Part shown: one piece after another, positions 36,079 to 45,439 of the stretch
Layout: each line of letters starts with the position of its first letter
How positions within the stretch are numbered: position 1 is the first letter of the stretch
NCBI GenBank assembly: GCA_964482205.1
Contig: CAYZWI010000003.1
Location: forward strand, 8,969 to 72,968
Direction of reading: 5' to 3'
Origin: an uncultured bacterium
GTDB taxonomy: Bacteria > Eisenbacteria > RBG-16-71-46 > CAIMUX01 > WJJG01
Length of the DNA: 64,000 nt
Program-made: the position numbers and the translations under genes
Notes under the pieces: model-generated
Told to the model about the DNA's origin: nothing
Seen by the model: the letters and a program-made list of their open reading frames with translations, nothing else
The model's database searches: none

Positions 36079-37608
36079 TCAATCCCTCCCCGAGGCGTTG
36101 CCCGCTTCCACCGGAAACGCCATCCCGAGCGCTTCCGCGAGCGTGCTCACCGGGCGCGTCGAACAGCCCACGGGCGGCCGCCATCCGCGCGCGTTCAGAT
36201 CGCGAATCGTCGTCGCGGGAAGAAGCAGGCGCTGAAACCCGAGGCGGGCCGCCTCCGCGACGCGCCGCTCGGGATCGGAGACGCGGCGTACTTCGCCGCC
36301 CAGACCGATCTCCCCGAAGGCCGCGAGCTTCTCGCCTGCCGGCCGTTCCGTCGCGCTCGCCGCGATGGCGAGCAGGATGCCGAGATCGACTCCCGGCTCG
36401 TCGATCCGCAGTCCGCCCGCGACATTCACGAAGACGTCGCTCGAGGAAACATCCACGCCCCCGCGCTTGATGAGCACGGCGAGCAGGATCGCGAGACGCC
36501 GCCCATCGAATCCGGTCGCGACGCGCTGAGGAATGCCATAGCGCGTCGGGTGCACGAGCGCCTGCACTTCGACCAGCAGCGGACGCGACCCTTCCATCGC
36601 GACGACAATCGCGCTCCCCGGCGTGCGTCCCGCATCCTCGCCCATGAAGAGCTGCGAAGGATTGGTCACCTCGCACAATCCGTCCGCGCGCATGTCGAAG
36701 ACGCCGATCTCGTGCACGCTGCCGAAGCGATTCTTGACGCTGCGCAGCAGGCGATGCGCGTGAAAGCGCTCGCCCTCCATCGTGAGCACCGCATCGACGA
36801 TGTGCTCGAGCGTGCGCGGACCGGCCAGGCTGCCGTCCTTGGTGACGTGGCCGACGAGCAACACGGCCACCCCGCGGCGCTTGGCCATCTGGGTGAGCTG
36901 CAGCGCCCCCTCGCGCACCTGCAGCACGCTGCCCGGCGCGGAAGGAAGTCCGGGGAGATAGCTCGATTGAATGGAATCGACGAAGAGGATCTCGACGGGA
37001 CGCGTTCCGCCTTGACCGACCGGCACGCCTTCCCCGACGGCTTCGAGCACGCGCTCGAGATCGCCTTCCGCGAGCACGGCGAGATGCTCGCTCGAACGCA
37101 ACCGCGCCGAGCGCAACTTCAACTGCCCGGCCGACTCCTCGCCCGAGACATACAGCACGCCCCGTCCCTGCTCGACCAGGCGTGAGGCCACTTGCAGAAG
37201 GAGCGTGGACTTGCCGACGCCGGGATCGCCGCCGATCAGCGTGACCGATCCGGGAACGATGCCGCCCCCGAGCACGCGATCGAATTCGGAGATGCCGGTT
37301 TCGATGCGCTCGGGTCCTTGCGCGGGCACATCGCCGAGACGGCGCACGCCCGCTTCGAATCCGGGATCGCGGGGAGCGTTCGGCCAGCCGCGGGGCTCGG
37401 GAGCGGAACCGAATCGGGCAGGAGTCCCGAGGTTCTCCTGCCGGCTCCCTCCCCGGCGCGCGCCCGCACCGGGAACGACGCTGGGAAGACGATAGGGCGC
37501 GAGCGTGTTCCACTCGCCGCACTGGGGGCACTTCCCGTACCACTTCGGGAAGTCGTTGCCGCAGTTGCGGCAAAGGTAAGTGGTTTCCCGTTTCTTGCGT
37601 TGGTCCAC
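36079..37608 (-). CDS. radA: DNA repair protein RadA/Sms
   Basis: N-terminal CxxC...CxxC Zn finger, GGDPGVGKST, KNRFG motif, Lon-like C-terminus; GTG 37608 (alternative 37614). Confidence 0.97.
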   Translation of the reverse strand: MDQRKKRETTYLCRNCGNDFPKWYGKCPQCGEWNTLAPYRLPSVVPGAGARRGGSRQENLGTPARFGSAPEPRGWPNAPRDPGFEAGVRRLGDVPAQGPERIETGISEFDRVLGGGIVPGSVTLIGGDPGVGKSTLLLQVASRLVEQGRGVLYVSGEESAGQLKLRSARLRSSEHLAVLAEGDLERVLEAVGEGVPVGQGGTRPVEILFVDSIQSSYLPGLPSAPGSVLQVREGALQLTQMAKRRGVAVLLVGHVTKDGSLAGPRTLEHIVDAVLTMEGERFHAHRLLRSVKNRFGSVHEIGVFDMRADGLCEVTNPSQLFMGEDAGRTPGSAIVVAMEGSRPLLVEVQALVHPTRYGIPQRVATGFDGRRLAILLAVLIKRGGVDVSSSDVFVNVAGGLRIDEPGVDLGILLAIAASATERPAGEKLAAFGEIGLGGEVRRVSDPERRVAEAARLGFQRLLLPATTIRDLNARGWRPPVGCSTRPVSTLAEALGMAFPVEAGNASGRD

Positions 37609-37678
37609 TTCCACGCTCCCGGTCGCGGGGGGCCCAAGCCGATGCTGCCCGGCTCCTCGGACGATGCGGTTCTCTCCT

Positions 37679-37687
37679 ATCTTAGCA
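37679..37687 (-). promoter_or_regulatory. Extended -10 promoter (TGnTAAGAT) for the radA-ispD-ispF operon
   Basis: Minus strand TGCTAAGAT about 70 bp upstream of radA. Confidence 0.55.
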
Positions 37688-37771
37688 ACCGGGCGGCCGC
37701 CGGTCAGCCATTGTCTCGGGAAAGCCGAATCGGCCCAGGGTTGCGCGTTCGCGCGGGAATGTCCGCTTTCC

Positions 37772-37801
37772 TTGCAGAAAGGGGATCGAGCGGCCGACAA
37801 T
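37772..37801 (+). promoter_or_regulatory. Possible sigma70 promoter for the Cys-rich small protein
   Basis: TTGCAG, 18 bp, GACAAT. Confidence 0.35.
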
Positions 37802-37842
37802 GAGAACAGAGCATTCGAGGCCCGAGATCGAGGAGGTCCGCC

Positions 37843-38295
37843 ATGCCGGAGATGCGCCATCGTATCGAGATCATCGTTCCCCAGGGCACGCTCGTGGTAC
37901 GCAATGCGCGCTGCCCGAACGGCTGCGGTTTGATGGACCGCGAGCATCCGATTCACGGCCATCCATCGATTCGCGTGCGGGCCGCATTCGGAAATGTTTC
38001 CGGCGAAGTCTTCCTCGATCCGGTCTATGGCAGCTACGACAACATTTCCGAGATCATCGTGCCGCGGGGACAGGTGGCCGAATTCCACTGCCCACATTGC
38101 GGAGTGGCGCTCACCGATGTGGATCGCCGGTGCGCGAAGTGCGCGGCACCCGTCTTCACGCTCGGCCTTCCGCGCGGCGGGTCGATCGAGGTCTGCCAGA
38201 GGAACGGTTGCCCCGACCATCGCATGCAGATCGTGAGCGGCGAGCAGGCGATGCAACGCGTGTTCGACGAAATCGGGATGGACGCGTTCTTGTAG
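37843..38295 (+). CDS. Small Cys-rich putative metal-binding protein
   Basis: Eight Cys as CPNGC, CPHC, CAKC, CQRNGCPDH; SD GGAGG. Confidence 0.8.
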   Translation: MPEMRHRIEIIVPQGTLVVRNARCPNGCGLMDREHPIHGHPSIRVRAAFGNVSGEVFLDPVYGSYDNISEIIVPRGQVAEFHCPHCGVALTDVDRRCAKCAAPVFTLGLPRGGSIEVCQRNGCPDHRMQIVSGEQAMQRVFDEIGMDAFL

Positions 38296-38405
38296 AGCCG
38301 CGCTGCAACCCGCGGACATGCGAGGCGCTCGAGCGCGCGCGGGCTCGCGCTGGCGCGACGCCCGGCCGACGCGCTCATCCACCGCGCCATGCGTTCCCAC
38401 CGCGC

Positions 38406-39038
38406 TCAGCGCGTGGGCACGCGCATCGCCCTCCGCCCTTGCACCTCGAAGCCCCCGCGCGCCAGTACTCCCAAGGCCTCGGGATAGAGCTTGTGCTCTT
38501 CCGTCAGCACCCGCGCGGCGATCTCCTCGGGGCTTGCGCAATCGTCGATCGCGACCGCGCGCTGCATGAGAATGGGCCCGTGGTCGTACTGCTCGTCGAC
38601 CAGATGCACGGTCGGCCCCGAGACCTTCATCCCCGCCTCGAAGACCGCGCGATGGACGCGCATCCCGTAGAAGCCGGGCCCGCCGAACAAGGGCAGCAGC
38701 GCGGGATGGATGTTCGTCATCCGCTCGCGAAACCTCCCGACCACGGCGGAGGGAATCCGCTGCATGAATCCCGCGAGCGCGATGAGGTGAATCTCGTGCG
38801 CTTCGAGGAGCTCGATCAGGGCCGCGGCGTAGGCATCGTCATCGGCGAAACGCGAGCGCGGCAGCCACACGGCCGGGATCCCGCGCTTCCCGGCTTTCTC
38901 CTTCGCGCCCGCCTGGGCGTTGTTGTGCACCATGAGCGCGACGTGGATCGGGATCTCGCCGCGCGCGGCGGCGTCGGCGATGGCGGCGAAGTTCGATCCG
39001 CCGTGCGAGCAGAAGGCAGCGAGCCGGACGAGCGCCAT
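38406..39038 (-). CDS. purN: Phosphoribosylglycinamide formyltransferase
   Basis: SHGGSNF, ALAGFM, NIHPALLP, SGPTVHLVDEQYDHGPI. Confidence 0.97.
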   Translation of the reverse strand: MALVRLAAFCSHGGSNFAAIADAAARGEIPIHVALMVHNNAQAGAKEKAGKRGIPAVWLPRSRFADDDAYAAALIELLEAHEIHLIALAGFMQRIPSAVVGRFRERMTNIHPALLPLFGGPGFYGMRVHRAVFEAGMKVSGPTVHLVDEQYDHGPILMQRAVAIDDCASPEEIAARVLTEEHKLYPEALGVLARGGFEVQGRRAMRVPTR

Positions 39039-39093
39039 GAATCGGTCTCCGAAACCAATGCTTCAGCCCGGGCGATGCGGAAAGCTCGTCGCG

Positions 39094-39801
39094 TCAGATG
39101 CGGCCGGTGCTCAACCGGTGGACGCCTTCGAGACTCGCGATCCGGTCGATCAAATCGGCCGTCCATTTCTGCGTGCGCGCGCGCAGGTGGAAGGTGAGAT
39201 CGCATTCCTGGGAGACGAGATCGAGACTGAAGAGCACATCCTGCACGCGAATGCCGTGCTCCTCGAACAAACGGCGCGTGCCCGCTTCCACTTCGTGACG
39301 CTTCTCGTTGGCCACGCGCAAGCGGACGGTGCGATATCCGATTTGCGGAATGCGATGCTCGACATAGTCGAGCCCTTCGAGCACGAGCAGGACGAGAAAC
39401 GTCGAGCCGGCCGCGAGGCCGAAGGCGTCGTTGCCGATCACGATCCCCAGCGCGGCGACGAACCAGATCGTCGCGGCGGTGGTCAGCCCGCGGACGAAAT
39501 CGCCCATGCGCAAGATCGCGCCCGCGCCCAGGAAGCCGATGCCGGTCACGATGCCCGAGGCGATGCGGTTGGGATCGAGCACCAGGCGCGCTTCGCTCGA
39601 GCCGTCGGAGAAGACGCGGGTGGCTTGCTGCGCCGCGATCAGCATGATCGTCGAGCCGATGCAGACGAGCACATGCGTGCGCAATCCCGCCGGACGGCCC
39701 TTCAGTTCCCGCTCGAGGCCGATCAAGCCGCCGAGGAGCAGCGACAGGACCAGCTTGAGCAGCGCAAGGTCCTCGGTCATGTGCGACCAGAAGGTCTGCA
39801 T
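39094..39801 (-). CDS. MgtC/SapB family membrane protein with an ACT-like C-terminus
   Basis: GLERE...PAGLRTH, DPNRIASGIVTGIGFLGAG, GLTTAATIW; SD AGGAGG before ATG 39801. Confidence 0.93.
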   Translation of the reverse strand: MQTFWSHMTEDLALLKLVLSLLLGGLIGLERELKGRPAGLRTHVLVCIGSTIMLIAAQQATRVFSDGSSEARLVLDPNRIASGIVTGIGFLGAGAILRMGDFVRGLTTAATIWFVAALGIVIGNDAFGLAAGSTFLVLLVLEGLDYVEHRIPQIGYRTVRLRVANEKRHEVEAGTRRLFEEHGIRVQDVLFSLDLVSQECDLTFHLRARTQKWTADLIDRIASLEGVHRLSTGRI

Positions 39802-39898
39802 GCTCCTCCTTTCGCTGCGCCGGCGCGCGTGCGGCGCATGCGTTGGGCACGATCGCATGGGCGGGCGCAGGCGCGGCGCCAGGGGCAAGGCTTCGCCG

Positions 39899-40723
39899 CT
39901 ACTTTAAGCGCACCTGCAAGTACTCGACCGGCCTGGCGACGCCCTCGCGCGCCCGGTTGATCGACATGATCTCCACGCGCTCGAGAGGCAGAACGACCGC
40001 GCAAACTTGATCGGGTTGAAGATCCGGGTAGATGTCGATCAGGCTGCCGCGCGCGATGGTCTTTTCTTCGGCCGCTTTCTTTTTCCAGATCTCCCACCAT
40101 TTTTTCTGCGGCATGGGACGAGGCGCGGGGAAATCCATTCGGGGACCCGCCTCGGCGATCGCCTCTCCCACTTCCAGGCTCACGAATCCGAGCAAATAGA
40201 GCTGCCCCGCTGAATCGCGATGGATCTCGAAGTCGCAACAGCTCTCGCATTCGGCTTTGAGCGTCCTCGCGGCCCAGTCGGGTTGCTGGACGCTGCCCGT
40301 CTCCTGCTGGGCGGCGAGGACGACGGCGGGCGCGCATCCGTACAACGCGGCGCCTCCGTCCTTGGCCGGTTGCAGGCCGCGAGTCTCACGAAGAAGCTGC
40401 CGGGCCTCCGGCGCTTCGATCAGCGTCTCCACCCGCACGGGAGGCAGCGCCTCTCCCGCGTTGGGGTTCGGAAGCGCGTCGCCCAATTCAAGGACGCCGG
40501 GAGCCTGCGCATGCCAGTCGACCGCCTGTCCGCCAGGAACCAAGGTGCTGTCGGCGCGGTCGTCTCCCAAGACGCTCTGCTTGCCCCCGCCTCCCCAATT
40601 GACTCTCGCCATCAAGAGACCGCCAAGGCCCAACAGAATGGCAAGCGCGGCGAAGAGAAGGGGCGGCCGCTCGTACCAGGGGATCTTGGCGCGCACGCGT
40701 TTGGTGACCTTGATTTTCTTCAC
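39899..40723 (-). CDS. Hypothetical single-TM-anchored protein (start uncertain: GTG 40723 or ATG 40780)
   Basis: Basic N-terminus, one TM helix (LLFAALAILLGLGGLLMA), soluble domain with CESCC. Confidence 0.7.
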   Translation of the reverse strand: MKKIKVTKRVRAKIPWYERPPLLFAALAILLGLGGLLMARVNWGGGGKQSVLGDDRADSTLVPGGQAVDWHAQAPGVLELGDALPNPNAGEALPPVRVETLIEAPEARQLLRETRGLQPAKDGGAALYGCAPAVVLAAQQETGSVQQPDWAARTLKAECESCCDFEIHRDSAGQLYLLGFVSLEVGEAIAEAGPRMDFPAPRPMPQKKWWEIWKKKAAEEKTIARGSLIDIYPDLQPDQVCAVVLPLERVEIMSINRAREGVARPVEYLQVRLK

Positions 40724-40797
40724 GATCCGGGCCCTCGCTGAATGCCGGGTGGACGACGGTCCTCGAATGGACGAGACCATCGCCGGGAAACGGAGGC

Positions 40798-40803
40798 ATT
40801 CTA
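40798..40803 (-). promoter_or_regulatory. -10 element TAGAAT for the hypothetical membrane protein
   Basis: Minus strand TAGAAT; no clear -35. Confidence 0.4.
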
Positions 40804-41017
40804 GCGAATCTCTCCGAGGAAGGCCACAACGGGCCCAAGCCCGGAGCGGGCGGCCGGGATCCGGCGAAGCGTTTGGGGAGCTTGGATCTAGCAGGGTGGC
40901 GGGCCTCGGGGGTGGTGCGCCGGAGCCTGGGGGATCCGCTTCCCCGGCCGGACGGAATCGGCGGCTTGCGGACCACCCCGGGGAGCCTGCGCCCAGGCCT
41001 TTCGGGATGGCGGTCCG

Positions 41018-41047
41018 TTGACACCCCCTCCCTAGGTGGCGTATTCT
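41018..41047 (+). promoter_or_regulatory. sigma70 promoter for yicC-gmk-rpoZ-coaBC-udg-dnaB
   Basis: TTGACA (41018-23), 18 bp, TATTCT (41042-47), 25 bp before the yicC ATG. Confidence 0.8.
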
Positions 41048-41072
41048 GGGGTGTTTCCATCTGGGAGGGGCG

Positions 41073-41951
41073 ATGGTGCATTCGATGACCGGGTTCGGTC
41101 GTGGGGAGCGCCAGGGCGGCGACTACCGGGTGACGATCGAGATCCGTGCGGTCAACCATCGGTTCCTCGAAGTGACGACCCGGCTACCCCGGCGGCTGGC
41201 CACCCTGGAAAACCGGGTCCGGGAGAAACTGCAGGGCCGGATCTCGCGCGGCAAGGTCCACGCGAGCGTCAATCTCGATGGGGATGCGGGGAGAACCGCC
41301 GCCCTCCGGCTGAACGAAGAGCTAGCCCAGCGGTATCTCGAGATTCTTCGCGAAATCAAGGCACGCTTCGGGCTACAAGGGGAAATCGACCTCTCCTCCT
41401 TCGTCACGCTTCCCGATGTCCTGGAGCGCGAAGAGGACGAGCTTTCGGAGCAGGCCGGCTGGGCCTTGATCGAGGAGCCGCTCGACCAGGCCCTGGCGGA
41501 GTTCGAGCGGCAACGGGCGCGCGAGGGCGAGGCGATGACCCGCGATCTGCGGGCCCGCCTGGCTTCGGTGGGCGAGGCCGTCCGGCGAATCGAAGCGCGC
41601 CAGCCGGAAGTGAGCGCGCGCGTGCGCGAGCGATTGAGCGATCGCCTGGCGCAGGTGTCGCAGGACATCGAGTACAACCGCTACCGCTTGGAAGCGGAAC
41701 TGACGCTGTTCGCCGACCGGTCGGATGTCACGGAGGAGTGCACGCGTCTGCGTTCGCATTGCGATCAATTCGAGCACGCCCTGGCGGGCGCCGATCCGGC
41801 CGGGCGGCGCTTGAATTTCCTCCTGCAGGAGATGAACCGCGAAGCGAACACGATTGGAGCGAAGTGCCAGGATCTCGATCTCAGTCGTGAAGCGATTTTC
41901 CTGAAGGAAGAGATCGAGAAGATTCGCGAGCAAGTCCAGAACATCGAATGA
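41073..41951 (+). CDS. yicC: YicC/YloC family endoribonuclease
   Basis: SMTGFG, RAVNHRFLE, DVTEE, GRRLNFLLQEMNREANTIGAK, IREQVQNIE. Confidence 0.97.
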   Translation: MVHSMTGFGRGERQGGDYRVTIEIRAVNHRFLEVTTRLPRRLATLENRVREKLQGRISRGKVHASVNLDGDAGRTAALRLNEELAQRYLEILREIKARFGLQGEIDLSSFVTLPDVLEREEDELSEQAGWALIEEPLDQALAEFERQRAREGEAMTRDLRARLASVGEAVRRIEARQPEVSARVRERLSDRLAQVSQDIEYNRYRLEAELTLFADRSDVTEECTRLRSHCDQFEHALAGADPAGRRLNFLLQEMNREANTIGAKCQDLDLSREAIFLKEEIEKIREQVQNIE

Positions 41952-42038
41952 GACGCCGGCCGCGCCGGCGTGCGATGAGCGTCCGGCCCGGTTGTTTCGG
42001 CTTGCCGCCGAACCGGCGAATACGGAGCCGCAAGATCC

Positions 42039-42662
42039 ATGGAATGTCCCCGTTTGATCGAGAAGCCGTTTCCGGTGGTCATCTCCGCGCCGAGTGGAAC
42101 GGGCAAGACCTCCGTGGTGGAGAAGCTCCTGGCGAGCGACGGGCGCCTCTTGCGCGCGCTGACCGCGACCACGCGGCCGCCGCGCGAGGCAGAGGTCAAC
42201 GGCAAGGACTACCTCTTCCTGTCGATGGAAGAGTTCGAAGCGAAGAAGAAGAACGGATTCTTCGCCGAATCCGCGTTGGTGCACGGCTACTGGTACGGCA
42301 GCCCGCGCGAGCAGATCGACCAGGGCCTGCATCGCGGCAAGTGGGTGGTCTTGAATGTCGATGTGCAGGGCGGACTGACGATCAAGGCGGCCTATCCGCA
42401 AGCGGTGTTGATCTTCCTCCTGCCGCCTTCGATGGAGGCGCTCGAGGAGCGCCTGCGCGGACGCCGCACCGACACCGAAGAGGTCATTCGCGAGCGCCTC
42501 GAGAATGCGCGCGCCGAAATGGCCGTCGCTCCCCAGTACGACTATGTGGTCGTGAACGACGACATCAAGGCGTGCGCCGGCCGCCTGCTCGCCATCATCT
42601 GCGCCGAGACGAGTCGCACCCCTCGCGGACTGGTGCAGCCGCGAGCCGCATCGGAGGCCTAG
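42039..42662 (+). CDS. gmk: Guanylate kinase
   Basis: SAPSGTGKT, TTRPPREAEVNGKDYLF, VHGYWYGSP, DVQG. Confidence 0.97.
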   Translation: MECPRLIEKPFPVVISAPSGTGKTSVVEKLLASDGRLLRALTATTRPPREAEVNGKDYLFLSMEEFEAKKKNGFFAESALVHGYWYGSPREQIDQGLHRGKWVVLNVDVQGGLTIKAAYPQAVLIFLLPPSMEALEERLRGRRTDTEEVIRERLENARAEMAVAPQYDYVVVNDDIKACAGRLLAIICAETSRTPRGLVQPRAASEA

Positions 42663-42684
42663 CCTCCGCGTATAGGAGAACCGC

Positions 42685-43065
42685 ATGAACAAGGATCAGG
42701 AACCCACCATCGCCAACGACGAGGAAACGCCCGCTCAGGCGGCGCCCGAGGAGGGCACGCTCGAGTCGCCGAGCAACAAGTACGAGCGCATCATGATGGC
42801 GGCCGCGGAAGCGGCGCGCTTGAATGAAGAGATGCGCCGCAAGGGCACGAAGTACGAGCACAAGGTGACCATCGAGGCCTTGAAGCGCGTGGACGAAGGC
42901 AAGGTGAAGTCGGTGGTCGAGAACCAGGAAGCGCTCGCCCGCGCGAAAGCGATGACCGAATCGCCGGCCGACACCTTCTTCATGACCGCTCCGCTGGGCG
43001 GCGGCGAGGATGTCGAGGAAGTCGGCGGCGGAAGCGCCCCGGTCCAGGACGATGCGGGCGAATGA
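42685..43065 (+). CDS. rpoZ: RNA polymerase omega subunit with acidic terminal extensions
   Basis: NKYERIMMAAAEAARL and KVTIEALKRVDEGKV match the omega core; classic gmk-rpoZ-coaBC synteny. Confidence 0.85.
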   Translation: MNKDQEPTIANDEETPAQAAPEEGTLESPSNKYERIMMAAAEAARLNEEMRRKGTKYEHKVTIEALKRVDEGKVKSVVENQEALARAKAMTESPADTFFMTAPLGGGEDVEEVGGGSAPVQDDAGE

Positions 43066-43072
43066 GGGAACC

Positions 43073-44320
43073 ATGGCTGCCCGGCGTAGCCTCTCCGACT
43101 GCACCGTGGGCCTCGGAGTCACGGGCAGCATCGCGGCCTACAAGTCCGCGGAAATCATCCGCCTGCTGAGAGGCATGGGAGTCCGCGTGCGCGTCGTGAT
43201 GACCCGCGCCGGGTCCTACATGATCACGCCCGACGCGCTCGCGCCCCTCTCGGGCAATCCCGTCGCTGTGGACATGTTCTCCGCGCAAGGCGCACTCGCG
43301 TCGAACATGGAGCACCTCGATATCGGCCGCGAGGTCGATGCGCTGCTCGTCGCTCCCGCGACCGCGGACATCCTCGGAAAAGTCGCCGCCGGCATCGCCG
43401 ACGATCTGCTCTCGACCGCGATCATGGCCTGCCCCGCGCCGGTGCTCTTCGCCCCCGCGATGAACACGCGCATGTGGGAAAACCCCATCGTGCAGCGCAA
43501 TGTCGCGCTGTTGAAGGAAGCGGGCTATCACTTCGTCGGTCCCGAGGCGGGCGATCTCGCCTGCGGAGAGACCGGGCTTGGACGAATGGCTTCGCCGGAA
43601 ACGGCCGTCGATCGCACGGTGAAGATCCTGCTCGAACGGTTGGGCGGCTTGCGCGTCGTCGTCACCGGAGGCCCGACCGAAGAGGCGGTCGATCCCGTGC
43701 GGGTGATCTCGAATCGATCGAGCGGGATCATGGGCGTGCGCCTCGCGGAAGCGGCCCGCGACAGCGGACACCGGGTCACGCTGATCGCCGGCCCCTTGCG
43801 GTGTTCTCCTCCCCCGGGAGTGGGAACGATCTCGGTGACAACCGCCGAAGAGATGCAACGCGCCGTGCAGGAAGTCGAGGCCCACGCGGAGATCCTGATC
43901 ATGGCCGCGGCGGTGTCCGACTATCGCCCCGCGCAGCCGCACGCGACGAAGATCCGCTCGGGCTCCGAATCGTTGGAGATCCGTCTCGTCCCGAATCCCG
44001 ACATTCTCGCCGGCGTGGCGGCGGGCCGCCGCCAGCGAGGCGTCGTCACCGTCGGCTTCGCGCTCGAGATCGGGGCCGAAGGCGAAACGCGCGCGCAACG
44101 AAAACTCGCGGACAAGAAATTGGATCTCATCGTGTTGAACGATGCGACTCGCAAGGAATCGGCCTTCGGCGGAGAGACGATCGAAGCGGAACTGCTCTTC
44201 GCCGACGGACGGATCGAGCGCCTGCCCGTGATGAGCAAGAGAGATGCGGCGCGCGCGATTCTCGGCCAGGCCGAGGAGCTGCACGGGATCAAGATGAATG
44301 GCGGCGTCGCGACGCCGTAG
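43073..44320 (+). CDS. coaBC: Bifunctional PPC decarboxylase / PPC ligase
   Basis: GVTGSIAAYK, APATAD, PAMN..MW, TGGPTEEAVDPVRVISNRSSG, AAVSDY, GFALE. Confidence 0.97.
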   Translation: MAARRSLSDCTVGLGVTGSIAAYKSAEIIRLLRGMGVRVRVVMTRAGSYMITPDALAPLSGNPVAVDMFSAQGALASNMEHLDIGREVDALLVAPATADILGKVAAGIADDLLSTAIMACPAPVLFAPAMNTRMWENPIVQRNVALLKEAGYHFVGPEAGDLACGETGLGRMASPETAVDRTVKILLERLGGLRVVVTGGPTEEAVDPVRVISNRSSGIMGVRLAEAARDSGHRVTLIAGPLRCSPPPGVGTISVTTAEEMQRAVQEVEAHAEILIMAAAVSDYRPAQPHATKIRSGSESLEIRLVPNPDILAGVAAGRRQRGVVTVGFALEIGAEGETRAQRKLADKKLDLIVLNDATRKESAFGGETIEAELLFADGRIERLPVMSKRDAARAILGQAEELHGIKMNGGVATP

Positions 44321-44353
44321 ACATCAGCGCTGCGCCCCCCTCTCGAGGATCGC

Positions 44354-45394
44354 ATGACACGCGACGACATCCGCAAGGCGCTTGCCGAAATCATCGAGCG
44401 GGAGATGGACCGCGGGATCTCGTTCTGGTCCGACGCCGAATGGAACGAAGCGGCGCGCCGCTATGTGGGAAGCGAATCGCCCGACCCGGCCCCCTCGCGC
44501 GCCGTGACCGCGCGCACCGCGCCGGCGCCGTCCGCGACTTCGGGCACCACCGCCTCGCGCGGCGCAACTCCCCGCCCAGCGCCCGCGCGCATGGCCACGC
44601 CGCGAGCAGCGACCGCACCGCCCCCGGCTGCCTCTCGACCTGCCGCGCCTGCAAGTCCTTCCATCGCGCCACAGCCCGCAGCCGCCGCCGCTCCGGCGAA
44701 GGCCGCGAACCGCCCGGCCTTTCCCGCGCCTCCGCAGGCCGTCGACCGCAAGGCCCAATGGGAAGCGGACCTCGCGCGACTCTCGCGGGAGACGATTTCG
44801 TGCAAAGGCTGCGGCCTGCACGAAACGCGCACGAATGTCGTCTTCGCCTCGGGGAATGGACGCGTTCCCCTCGTCTTCATCGGCGAAGCGCCTGGCGCGG
44901 ACGAAGATGCGCAAGGCGAAGCGTTCGTGGGCCGCGCGGGGCAGCTGCTGACCAAGATCATCGCCGCGATCGGCCTCGACCGCAAAGAGGTCTACATCTG
45001 CAATGTCCTGAAATGCCGCCCGCCGGGGAATCGCGTTCCCCATCCCGAGGAAATCCAGGCCTGCCGTCCCTTCCTCGAGCGGCAACTCGAGATCCTCAAA
45101 CCGCGTGCCATTTGCGCGCTCGGGCTGACCGCCACGCAATGGATGCTCGAAAGCAAAGCGCCGATGGGACAACTGCGCGGCCGCATCTTCCGCTATCGCG
45201 AAATCCCGCTCTTGCCCACCTATCACCCCGCCGCGCTGCTGCGCAATCCCGCGCTGAAGCGCGCGGTGTGGGAAGATATGCTCGTCTTGCGGAAACTACT
45301 GGACGAAGGGCCTCCCGTTCGAAGTACAATCGCGCCTGTCCCCGAAGCGAATGAGCGCAAACCTCGAGCGGAAAGCGGAGATCTCTTCGCCTAG
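44354..45394 (+). CDS. Family 4 uracil-DNA glycosylase with a long Ala/Pro-rich linker
   Basis: CxxC, GEAPG..ED..G..FVG.AG, NVLKCRPP.NR, TYHPAALLR. Confidence 0.95.
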   Translation: MTRDDIRKALAEIIEREMDRGISFWSDAEWNEAARRYVGSESPDPAPSRAVTARTAPAPSATSGTTASRGATPRPAPARMATPRAATAPPPAASRPAAPASPSIAPQPAAAAAPAKAANRPAFPAPPQAVDRKAQWEADLARLSRETISCKGCGLHETRTNVVFASGNGRVPLVFIGEAPGADEDAQGEAFVGRAGQLLTKIIAAIGLDRKEVYICNVLKCRPPGNRVPHPEEIQACRPFLERQLEILKPRAICALGLTATQWMLESKAPMGQLRGRIFRYREIPLLPTYHPAALLRNPALKRAVWEDMLVLRKLLDEGPPVRSTIAPVPEANERKPRAESGDLFA

Positions 45395-45439
45395 CAGGCC
45401 GGACGGCTTCGCATCCGCATCCTCAAGGAGCCACTTGCC

